Source of the DNA: an uncultured Actinomycetota bacterium
GTDB taxonomy: Bacteria; Actinomycetota; Actinomycetes; Jiangellales; Jiangellaceae
Length of the DNA: 64,000 nucleotides
Direction of reading: 5' to 3'
Assembly (NCBI GenBank): GCA_963757805.1
Contig: CAVWSM010000008.1
Coordinates: 2,969-66,968, forward strand
In this document: positions 44,270 to 50,551 of the stretch, piece after piece
How the letters are laid out: every line of letters begins with the position of its first letter
How positions within the stretch are numbered: the stretch's first letter is position 1
Translations under genes and position numbers: made by a program
The notes under the pieces: model-generated
Databases searched by the model: none
Seen by the model: only the letters and a program-made list of their open reading frames with translations
Told to the model about the DNA's origin: nothing

Positions 44270-44287
44270 GATCACGTTCACGTGATC
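44270..44287. promoter_or_regulatory. palindrome GATCACGT-tc-ACGTGATC upstream of the GH15 gene
   Basis: An 8+2+8 perfect inverted repeat, 16 nt after the polyprenyl synthase stop and about 135 nt before ATG 44422. It could be either an operator or a short terminator. Confidence 0.25.
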
Positions 44288-44421
44288 CACCCGGTCTGAG
44301 CGCGGCCTGCATACCTCGCACAGTCCGGGTACGCCTAGGCACGTGGTCGCTCGGTTGGCAGCAACCCGGCGGCGGCGGTCTGAGAGAATCACTCGATCTT
44401 GCCCTGATTCCTGGAGTACGT

Positions 44422-45933
44422 ATGACGGCCGTTGAGCTTCGCGAGCGATCGGAGAGCGCACCAGTCGCGCCCCGTCGTCGCAAGCTTGGCCGTGCGGGAC
44501 AGGTGGTGATCGTCTTGGTGGTCGTGGCGGCGCTCGTCGCGGGCGGGGCGTTCGCGTCCAGTCAGATTGCGCGCCCGCTACTGCCGCTCTATCCCGAGGG
44601 CATCGCCGCCGACGCTGACGGCAACGTGGTGGCACTGCCGGTCGGCGCGAGTGCAGATTTCATCCCGGGCACCAAACACCTTGTGGGCGACGAGGTCGGG
44701 GAGGCCGCGATTGAGGCGTCCCGTCGCTGGCTGGCGAGCGGGACAGTGCCCGGCGGCACCGACCTGGAACGCGAGCTGGCAGAGCAGGCGTTGCTCGACA
44801 TGCGGTTGCTCACCAACCGCGACGGCGCCACCGTCGCAGCGTGGCGGACGGCCTGGCAGTACGTGTGGCCGCGGGACGCCGCGTTCGTCGTGACAGCCTT
44901 CGCGGCGACCGGGCACTTCAGCGAGGCGGCGGACGTACTCAACTTCCTCTCCAGCGTGGCCAGCAGCAACGGCCTGTGGGAGGCGCGCTACCTCCCCGAT
45001 GGCTCAGGGTTGACGCCTGACTGTCGGGTGATGCAGTTCGACGGCGCTGGCTGGGTGCCGTGGGCGGTGTGGCAGTGGTACGTCGCCAGCGAGCAATCCC
45101 TTGGCGGCGCTTCCGACGTCGACCCCTACTGGCCGATGGTGTCGGCGACCGCCGACGCGATCGTTGCTGACATGGGAGTCGACGGCCTGCCTTCGCCGTC
45201 GTCCGACTACCTCGAGCATGCCGAGACGCGACTCACGCTTGGCGTCGCGGCTCCTCTGCTGCTTGGGCTGCGATCGGCGGCCGACCTGGCGCACCGCACG
45301 GGTCGCACTGCCGAAGGCGCGCGGTGGGACGCGGCCGGACAGTTGCTGGCTGCGGCCATCCGAGAGAACTTCGGCCGGGTCAACTATTCGCGCTACTTGG
45401 CCTCGAACGGCCACGACGAGTGGCGCATCGGCGCCAACGGGTACCCGCAGCGGCCCGAGGTCCGCAGCAACGCCGACTCGGCGGTCACCTTCCTCGCGCC
45501 GCCGTTCGCACCCGAGAATGCCGACGTAATGCGTGCCGTCACGCGCACGCAGCGCACCCTGACGCTGCTGTCCGGCGGCATCAAGCCGGTCGAGCAGTGG
45601 CGCGACGACGGCGTTGCGTGGACACCGGAGACGGCGCTGTTCGCACTCTCCGCGGCGGCGCGCGGCGACGATGCTGAGGCCCGCCGGCTACTCGCCTGGT
45701 TGGCGGAGCACCGCACCGCGTCGGGTGCGATCCCCGAGCAGGTTGGCCCGGCAGGTCAGCCGCTGTCGGCGGCCCCGCTCGCATGGAGCGAGGCCACCGT
45801 CTTGCTCACTGTGTTGGCGCTCGATGGCGTCGGCATCAGCACACCACCCGTACGCGGAGAGCCGGTCGACGCGCCGAAGCCGCAGGTCGAACCCCAGGAT
45901 GCAGGCGACCCGAAGCGCGAGAACTGCGACTGA
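44422..45933 (+). CDS. glycoside hydrolase family 15 (glucoamylase/glucodextranase-like), membrane-anchored
   Basis: ATG at 44422 with a TM anchor VVIVLVVVAALVAGGAF. The (alpha/alpha)6 signature segments are WQYVWPRDAAFVVTAF, QFDGAGWVPWAVWQWY and PEQVGPAGQPLSAAPLAWSEA. Confidence 0.8.
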   Translation: MTAVELRERSESAPVAPRRRKLGRAGQVVIVLVVVAALVAGGAFASSQIARPLLPLYPEGIAADADGNVVALPVGASADFIPGTKHLVGDEVGEAAIEASRRWLASGTVPGGTDLERELAEQALLDMRLLTNRDGATVAAWRTAWQYVWPRDAAFVVTAFAATGHFSEAADVLNFLSSVASSNGLWEARYLPDGSGLTPDCRVMQFDGAGWVPWAVWQWYVASEQSLGGASDVDPYWPMVSATADAIVADMGVDGLPSPSSDYLEHAETRLTLGVAAPLLLGLRSAADLAHRTGRTAEGARWDAAGQLLAAAIRENFGRVNYSRYLASNGHDEWRIGANGYPQRPEVRSNADSAVTFLAPPFAPENADVMRAVTRTQRTLTLLSGGIKPVEQWRDDGVAWTPETALFALSAAARGDDAEARRLLAWLAEHRTASGAIPEQVGPAGQPLSAAPLAWSEATVLLTVLALDGVGISTPPVRGEPVDAPKPQVEPQDAGDPKRENCD

Positions 45934-45950
45934 GCGAGTCCTGATTGGCT

Positions 45951-45970
45951 GAGGGTGCCCCTGCGCCAAT
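45951..45970 (+). repeat. left junction direct repeat (attL core candidate)
   Basis: GAGGGTGCCCCTGCGCCAAT, embedded in the 27-nt imperfect palindrome ATTGGCTGAGGGTGCCCCTGCGCCAAT (45944-45970). Confidence 0.8.
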
Positions 45971-45980
45971 AGGCAGTTAG

Positions 45981-45992
45981 TGCATATAGGTG
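45981..45992 (+). repeat. left terminal inverted repeat TGCATATAGGTG
   Basis: It is the exact reverse complement of 52540-52551 and lies 10 nt inside the left direct repeat. Confidence 0.75.
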
Positions 45993-46037
45993 ACGTTGAG
46001 CTGGCAACGCTCTGAGCAGCGAGGATGCGCTCCCGAG

Positions 46038-46072
46038 TCGAGCTGAGCCGTTCGGTGTGTCGCTCAGCTCGA
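46038..46072. terminator. hairpin TCGAGCTGAGC-13 nt-GCTCAGCTCGA overlapping the stop of ORF 46064..46270
   Basis: The stem is 11 bp. The first 26 nt are repeated exactly at 46310-46335. Confidence 0.5.
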
Positions 46073-46270
46073 CACGTCCCGACGATGATCAAGGACGTCG
46101 ACCGCTTCGTCCACGAGCTCAGTCGCTCGTGCGAGCGCTGCCCACTCAGCTGGGCTGACGTCAAGCGGATCAACGTCGTGGTAGGCGTCTGCCAGCGCGA
46201 CGAGCATCTGCGCTCCGTGCTTCAACTTCTCGGCTGCGGCACTCGTGGTGGCGGGGGCGTCATCGGTCAC
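46064..46270 (-). CDS. island hypothetical protein, 68 aa, acidic
   Basis: MTDDAPATTSAAAEKLKHGAQMLVALADAYHDVDPLDVSPAEWAALARATELVDEAVDVLDHRRDVSS. The composition is protein-like, the start is GTG, and the ORF is bracketed by two copies of the same hairpin. Confidence 0.45.
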   Translation of the reverse strand: MTDDAPATTSAAAEKLKHGAQMLVALADAYHDVDPLDVSPAEWAALARATELVDEAVDVLDHRRDVSS

Positions 46271-46309
46271 GCGGGCACGCTAGCGCTGCGGTGTCGACCG
46301 TGCTCGTCA

Positions 46310-46351
46310 TCGAGCTGAGCCGTTCGGTGTGTCGCGCTCAGCTGCGCTCGA
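46310..46351. repeat. second, slightly degenerate copy of the 46038 hairpin, in the divergent region between ORFs 46270(-) and 46364(+)
   Basis: TCGAGCTGAGCCGTTCGGTGTGTCGC is identical to 46038-46063. The right arm carries small insertions (GCGCTCAGCTGCGCTCGA). Confidence 0.55.
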
Positions 46352-46363
46352 TAGGTTTCGATC

Positions 46364-46543
46364 ATGACGGCCAGCTCGACGACAGTGCTCGCCCCGCATG
46401 ATCGACGTCGCGTGATCATCAGGCACCACGACGGCACGTTTATTGGGACGCACAGTGAGTGGCTCGGCTCCGATCGGGTGCGGCGCCCGGCTGACGACGA
46501 ACTCGCGAGTTGGCAGCCGAGCTCGCTGCGTGTCGCGAGCTGA
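46364..46543 (+). CDS. island hypothetical protein, 59 aa (below ORF-track cutoff), upstream partner of the HEPN-like ORF
   Basis: ATG at 46364, TGA at 46541-46543. Translation is MTASSTTVLAPHDRRRVIIRHHDGTFIGTHSEWLGSDRVRRPADDELASWQPSSLRVAS. It ends 5 nt before the next ATG. Confidence 0.4.
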   Translation: MTASSTTVLAPHDRRRVIIRHHDGTFIGTHSEWLGSDRVRRPADDELASWQPSSLRVAS

Positions 46544-46548
46544 GACGC

Positions 46549-47007
46549 ATGACGCTCGATGACTATGACCTCGATGCCGCTGACAAGCTGTCCCTGCTCA
46601 TCGGTCGCGTCTGCCAAGCCGACGCCGAGCTCGAACGCGCCGTCCGAATCAAGGCGATCGTGCTTCACGTCGACGAGGTGTTGGCGGGCAGCAGGCCGCT
46701 GAAGCGTGACCTCAATCAGCTAGTGCAAATGTGCCGGGATGCGCTGGACACGACCGAGCTGCCGATCGATCACGATGTGGTCCGGGCCGCACTTGACGAG
46801 GCTGTCGCCGCTCACGAGGAGCGGAATCGAGTGGTGCACGATCAGTGGCTAATCGTCGAAAGCGGCAAGCTAGCTCGCGTGCAGACCTTGCCGCCATACA
46901 CGTTGCACTTCGACGCGTCGCAGCAGACGCTTGCTGAAGTCGAAGCAGTGCAGCGCCGACTGAACGCTGCCAGACAGGGCATTGAGCGCGCTCTGAGACC
47001 ACAGTGA
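46549..47007 (+). CDS. island protein, 152 aa, with RNxxxH motif (HEPN-like, putative RNase/toxin)
   Basis: ATG at 46549 (MTLDDYDLDAADKLSLLIGR...). The protein looks all-helical, with AVAAHEERNRVVHDQW about 50 aa from the C-terminus. This matches the R-[NDH]-x3-H HEPN signature and resembles the RNxLVHxY motif of DUF86/HepT. The antisense ORF 46267..46668 was rejected. Confidence 0.55.
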   Translation: MTLDDYDLDAADKLSLLIGRVCQADAELERAVRIKAIVLHVDEVLAGSRPLKRDLNQLVQMCRDALDTTELPIDHDVVRAALDEAVAAHEERNRVVHDQWLIVESGKLARVQTLPPYTLHFDASQQTLAEVEAVQRRLNAARQGIERALRPQ

Positions 47008-47020
47008 GCTGCGAGCTCAC
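47004..47020. terminator. short hairpin GTGAGCT-gcg-AGCTCAC between convergent island ORFs
   Basis: The 7-bp stem spans both stop codons (47005-47007 on plus, 47017-47019 on minus). Confidence 0.3.
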
Positions 47021-47201
47021 GCGACATGCTTCGCCATAGCGACCGTGCGGCCCACCTTGCCGTCGTTGAGGTACTGACGACCGCCCATGACGACGTAGAC
47101 CGGGCGCGCCTCGTCTGCGGCACGAGCGCACAGCTCGACGAGCACGCAGATGCTGCAGCCGTCAGCGCTGCTGTCGGTGCTCGTCGCAGCTCGCGCGCGC
47201 C

Positions 47202-47259
47202 GTCGAGCCAGAAGCTCGACGTCGCGCGTGCAGCGGCGACGTCGAGCGTCTGGCTCGAC
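47202..47259. repeat. 58-nt near-perfect inverted repeat (24-bp arms, 1 mismatch, 10-nt loop)
   Basis: GTCGAGCCAGAAGCTCGACGTCGC gcgtgcagcg GCGACGTCGAGCGTCTGGCTCGAC. A second imperfect inverted repeat flanks it at about 47125-47198. No convincing coding frame was found across 47150-47360. Confidence 0.7.
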
Positions 47260-47359
47260 CCGCACGGCAGCGACGACATCGACGCAGCGCTGAGCGGCTG
47301 CAGGCTACGGCTCGGGCAGCTGCACCCTCTGCCCAAGCTGGACCCCGCCCGGTCGTTGG

Positions 47360-47935
47360 TCAGCCTTCGAGTACCGGGACGACCGCAGCGCAGAAGTCGT
47401 CGGTCCGTCCTGTCGATCCCTTCACCTCGCCGAGGAACTCGAGGAACTCGTCGTCCGACGGGTCGGCCGGCGTGCCGCCATGGTCGATCAGCAACTCGAA
47501 CCGAATCTGGCCGGGGTTCCTGGCGAGGGCCTTGCCGTCCGGGCCGAACGCGGCGATGTTTCCGGTAGACAAGACGAGGATCGTGAGTGTGCCGTCGCCG
47601 TTGTCGGTCACGCGGAGGTCCTTGTCGACAAAGTTGCCGACCTCGGTGACGAAGTTGCCGTTGGCCACGTTCGTGTACACGGCGGTGAACTTGATGTTCG
47701 CATGGAAATAGACCAAGCCGTCCGGCCCGTGTCGGTTGACCAGCACGCGACCGTCGGCTACCTGGTCGAACTCGACCGTGAGGCCGTCAACGTCACAGAA
47801 GTCGTCGGTGATCTCGGTGAATTCGTCGTGGAATTTCGTGTGCTCGATCGGCTTGGCGGTGGCCCCTCCTGCCAGCGTCATCGAGCCCATCATGGCCAAT
47901 CCCGCCGCGAGCCCAAGCGTTCGCGCAAGCCTCAT
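47360..47935 (-). CDS. island secreted protein of unknown function
   Basis: ATG at 47935 after AAGGGGGG. The signal peptide is MRLARTLGLAAGLAMMGSMTLAGGATA. The mature part is beta-rich with two DDFC motifs, possibly forming a disulfide. Confidence 0.7.
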   Translation of the reverse strand: MRLARTLGLAAGLAMMGSMTLAGGATAKPIEHTKFHDEFTEITDDFCDVDGLTVEFDQVADGRVLVNRHGPDGLVYFHANIKFTAVYTNVANGNFVTEVGNFVDKDLRVTDNGDGTLTILVLSTGNIAAFGPDGKALARNPGQIRFELLIDHGGTPADPSDDEFLEFLGEVKGSTGRTDDFCAAVVPVLEG

Positions 47936-48060
47936 GATCCCCCCTTGGTCCAAGTGACCCCCCCGGTCACGTTGGGCCATGGTGACTCTCACCGGCATCG
48001 TCGTCAACAGTGCGACAACGAGGCCTGAGTCGTTGCAGGCTCAGGGGCGCCGGTGCGTAG

Positions 48061-48351
48061 TCAGATGCTGCCAGGGAGTGACGCACTGAGACTCGGCTGC
48101 CCTGCCGACCGGGCGTCAGCTATCTGGGGCACGCCCGGTCGGGCAGGGAGCTCGCGTCTGAGCAGCGGTGCCAGTCGACGTCGCGCGTCGTCGCAGGGGT
48201 GACTGTCACAGACGCTGTGCAGCTCGCGGAGCCATGCACGAGCTGCAGGGTGTCGCACGTACTGCGGCCCACACTCTCGGTCGCCAGCTCGCCAGCTGTC
48301 TCGCCCTGCCTCGATGACGATCGCGAGACACCGAGGACGGCGAGAGCTCAT
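48061..48351 (-). CDS. island hypothetical protein, 96 aa, Cys/His-containing
   Basis: The ATG at 48349-48351 overlaps the upstream stop (ATGA). Translation includes MSSRRPRCLAIVIEAGRDSWRAGDRECGPQYVRHPAARAWLRELHSVCDSHPCDD... Only the part from Met39 of ORF 48061..48465 is used. Confidence 0.4.
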   Translation of the reverse strand: MSSRRPRCLAIVIEAGRDSWRAGDRECGPQYVRHPAARAWLRELHSVCDSHPCDDARRRLAPLLRRELPARPGVPQIADARSAGQPSLSASLPGSI

Positions 48352-48937
48352 GCGCCGATCTGTGCGGCACCGGTCGGCTGCACACCGACGAGCACGTATC
48401 GGCTGTACGAGATGAGCGTGCCGAGCATCGCAGGCTGCACCCTCACGTCTTCGCGGAGCTCCCACAGCAGGATGGTGATCGCTGCAGGGTCGTACAAGAC
48501 CGGCTTCGGCACTGTGCTGTCGATGACTACGCGTACCCCGGCATCGGTGAGCTTGTCGAGGTCGAGCGTGAGCAAGCTCGACAACGAGCCGATGCGCACG
48601 GCTCTCGCTTCGAGCTCAGCCTTCTCGGCGGACTGCGGCGCGGCGATCGGCAGCTTCGACCGTCGGGCAGCACAGGCACACCCTGCGTGCTGGTCGTCGC
48701 GTTGATGATCGTCGCGTTCGTGGCGTCGAGTAGCGGCGCTGCAGCTGCGTCGAGCGCTGAGGCGATGTCGACGACCCAGGTGCCGATGAGCCCAGCTGCG
48801 CTCGTGTCGTCGGTCGTGATGTGCGGTTCACGCTTCAGCGCTGCGGCTCGTGTCGCGACGACAGTCAGACTCGGACGTCGATCGAGCGTCTGCTGATCGA
48901 GCGTCGGCGTAGGCGTCAGCAACGATGCGATGGTCAT
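48348..48937 (-). pseudogene. island hypothetical protein, about 196 aa, frame-disrupted as assembled
   Basis: ORF 48527..48937 reads well to ...TSTQGVPVLPDG. The continuation SKLPIAAPQSAEKAELEARAVRIGSLSSLLTLDLDKL...YVLVGVQPTGAAQIGA is in the frame of ORF 48348..48599. The switch lies at about 48655-48665. Confidence 0.5.
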
Positions 48938-48984
48938 GCGGTCGAGTCTCGACGCTGCTGCTCGTGTTCGGTCGTTTCGACGAC

Positions 48985-49371
48985 TCAGGGCAGCAGCACG
49001 AAGAGTCGCCCGTCGATCTTCTCGCCCACCAGCTGCCCTTTGCGGTAGCGCTTCGTGACAGCGCTGACGGTGATGCCGAGCTTGTCGGCGGCTTCACGCG
49101 CAGACACGTACAGGGCTCGAAGCGCTGCGTCTGCTTCGTCGTTGTCGTGAGTACGCTCGTCGAGCTTGATGACGTTGAGCATGTCGCTCATGCGTGGCTG
49201 CAGAGCTAGCAGCAGCTGCTTGTCGACGCGCCCACCAGATGCGCTCAGCGCTGTCAGGATCACGAGGCAGTCGTCTGGGTCGAGCTCGACGACGTTCGCG
49301 ACGCAGCGGCTCACCGACAGCTCCTGGTGAGCAAGTGACCGACCGAAGACGGGCGATCGGTCGCGATGCAC
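48985..49371 (-). CDS. island helix-turn-helix DNA-binding protein (excisionase/MerR-like HTH at C-terminus)
   Basis: The C-terminus LYVSAREAADKLGITVSAVTKRYRKGQLVGEKIDGRLFVL matches the excisionase-type HTH pattern. An alternative start is GTG 49314, preceded by AGGAG. Confidence 0.6.
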   Translation of the reverse strand: MHRDRSPVFGRSLAHQELSVSRCVANVVELDPDDCLVILTALSASGGRVDKQLLLALQPRMSDMLNVIKLDERTHDNDEADAALRALYVSAREAADKLGITVSAVTKRYRKGQLVGEKIDGRLFVLLP

Positions 49372-49516
49372 GGCGAGAGCTCGGGATGCAAGGCGAAGGC
49401 CGCACCTAGGTTTCGAACGTGTCGTTGAGAGAGAGAAACGCGAGTGTCACGAAAGGGTTGCCAGCTCGCGTCTCAGAAAACGATCATGCTCTCCTTCGAG
49501 CCGGTGAAGATGTGGA

Positions 49517-49765
49517 TCACGCAGCTGCGACCGCGTGCAGCACGTCGAGCAACGGCGGGTGCTGCACGCAGTCCGTGCCGTGATAGATGAGCGCGAGCTG
49601 CACGTCGTCACGCTGCTCTTGCCCGAGCAGCACAGTGCATGAGCACGGCTCGACTGCGTGCCGCAAGATGTCGAACGCGAGCTGGTCGCTGTGCAGTTGC
49701 AGCTCGACAACCCCATCGGCGCGATGATGCTCGACTGCGTAGCTACCGCTGCTGATCGTGTCCAT
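49517..49765 (-). CDS. island hypothetical protein, 82 aa
   Basis: MDTISSGSYAVEHHRADGVVELQLHSDQLAFDILRHAVEPCSCTVLLGQEQRDDVQLALIYHGTDCVQHPPLLDVLHAVAAA. Its composition is better than that of the overlapping ORF 49447..49824. Confidence 0.4.
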   Translation of the reverse strand: MDTISSGSYAVEHHRADGVVELQLHSDQLAFDILRHAVEPCSCTVLLGQEQRDDVQLALIYHGTDCVQHPPLLDVLHAVAAA

Positions 49766-49833
49766 GCATCGATGATCGACGCAGCTGGCTCTCGACGGTG
49801 GTGCTCACGACTGCGCCGCATCATCGGCTCAGC

Positions 49834-50019
49834 TCACTCGTCGTCGAGCTCGCGACCTTCGTCGTGCTGACCGATCGAGCGATAATCACGCACCGGCAGC
49901 TGATTGCGTCGCTCGTACTCAGCGACGGTCGAAGCGACTTGCTCGTCAGTGTCGTCGGCCGCTCGTGCGAGGTCGCCGCCGTAGGCGAGCGCGACCATGC
50001 GCGGGTAGCCGTTGCTCAC
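49834..50019 (-). CDS. island hypothetical protein, 61 aa, acidic
   Basis: The GTG start overlaps the stop of the preceding micro-ORF (GTGA). Translation is VSNGYPRMVALAYGGDLARAADDTDEQVASTVAEYERRNQLPVRDYRSIGQHDEGRELDDE. Confidence 0.4.
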   Translation of the reverse strand: MSNGYPRMVALAYGGDLARAADDTDEQVASTVAEYERRNQLPVRDYRSIGQHDEGRELDDE

Positions 50020-50114
50020 CTTGCGGATACGCCGCGCAGTCGTGAGACAAGATCGGGGAAGTCCCTACGCAGCCGCTCGACGTCGACGCTGCTCGGTGTG
50101 CTGAAGTTGCTCAC
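50016..50114 (-). CDS. island micro-ORF, 32 aa (not in ORF track)
   Basis: VSNFSTPSSVDVERLRRDFPDLVSRLRGVSAR. Both its start and its stop sit in GTGA overlaps with the neighbouring ORFs. Confidence 0.3.
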   Translation of the reverse strand: MSNFSTPSSVDVERLRRDFPDLVSRLRGVSAR

Positions 50115-50275
50115 GTCGCGCCCCAGCCGTGATCTTTGAGCCCGTACGTGAGGTGCTGCGCTCGACGAGCTGCTGCGTCGCTCAGATGCACGAGCGGGCG
50201 CTGGCAGCTCGGCAGCGCGCGTCTGGTGACGCCTGGCAGCGTCCCCTCGACGCGTCGCCGAAGTCGGGCCATCAT
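50111..50275 (-). CDS. island micro-ORF, 54 aa (not in ORF track)
   Basis: ATG at 50275 preceded by GGGAG. Translation is MMARLRRRVEGTLPGVTRRALPSCQRPLVHLSDAAARRAQHLTYGLKDHGWGAT. Confidence 0.35.
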   Translation of the reverse strand: MMARLRRRVEGTLPGVTRRALPSCQRPLVHLSDAAARRAQHLTYGLKDHGWGAT

Positions 50276-50305
50276 GAAGGTGCTCCCGTCAAGAGCCTGA
50301 GGCGG

Positions 50306-50551
50306 TCACCTGTGCTGGGTGATCGCCTCGTCGTTGTGTAGCTGCTGCTGAGCTGCTCGCTGCTCGACAGCCAGCTGCGCGTGCCTGGTGCGAATCTCGT
50401 CGAGCAAAGCGGCTACGGAGTCGAGCTGTTCGTCAGTCAACGGCGGAAGCTTCGCGACGTCTTCAGCCGCGTGCGCCATGCGCAGCTTGTCGAGCTCCCG
50501 CTGACGCTGTGCCCGCCGAGCCTCGCGACGCCCTTCCGCCCGCGCGCTCAT
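50306..50551 (-). CDS. island hypothetical protein, 81 aa, coiled-coil-like
   Basis: MSARAEGRREARRAQRQRELDKLRMAHAAEDVAKLPPLTDEQLDSVAALLDEIRTRHAQLAVEQRAAQQQL... The ATG overlaps the upstream stop (ATGA). Confidence 0.45.
   Translation of the reverse strand: MSARAEGRREARRAQRQRELDKLRMAHAAEDVAKLPPLTDEQLDSVAALLDEIRTRHAQLAVEQRAAQQQLHNDEAITQHR

Noticed and set aside
45934-46000. A tRNA or tmRNA gene as the integration target.
   Set aside because: The flanks cannot be folded into a cloverleaf and there is no T-loop GTTCGAATC-like motif. The target is an intergenic palindrome between convergent genes.
46267-46668. A 133-aa minus-strand ORF overlapping the start of the HEPN-like gene and the 59-aa ORF.
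   Set aside because: Its sequence is Ser/Arg/Cys-rich in the middle, and its tail is simply the translation of the hairpin repeat. The plus-strand reading has better codon bias and a compact two-gene layout.
47017-47265. An 82-aa minus-strand ORF ending ...RPVYVVMGGRQYLNDGKVGRTVAMAKHVA.
   Set aside because: Only the last 40 or so residues look protein-like. The N-terminal half is Arg-rich and coincides with the long inverted repeats. It may be a gene fragment, but I cannot support it as a feature.
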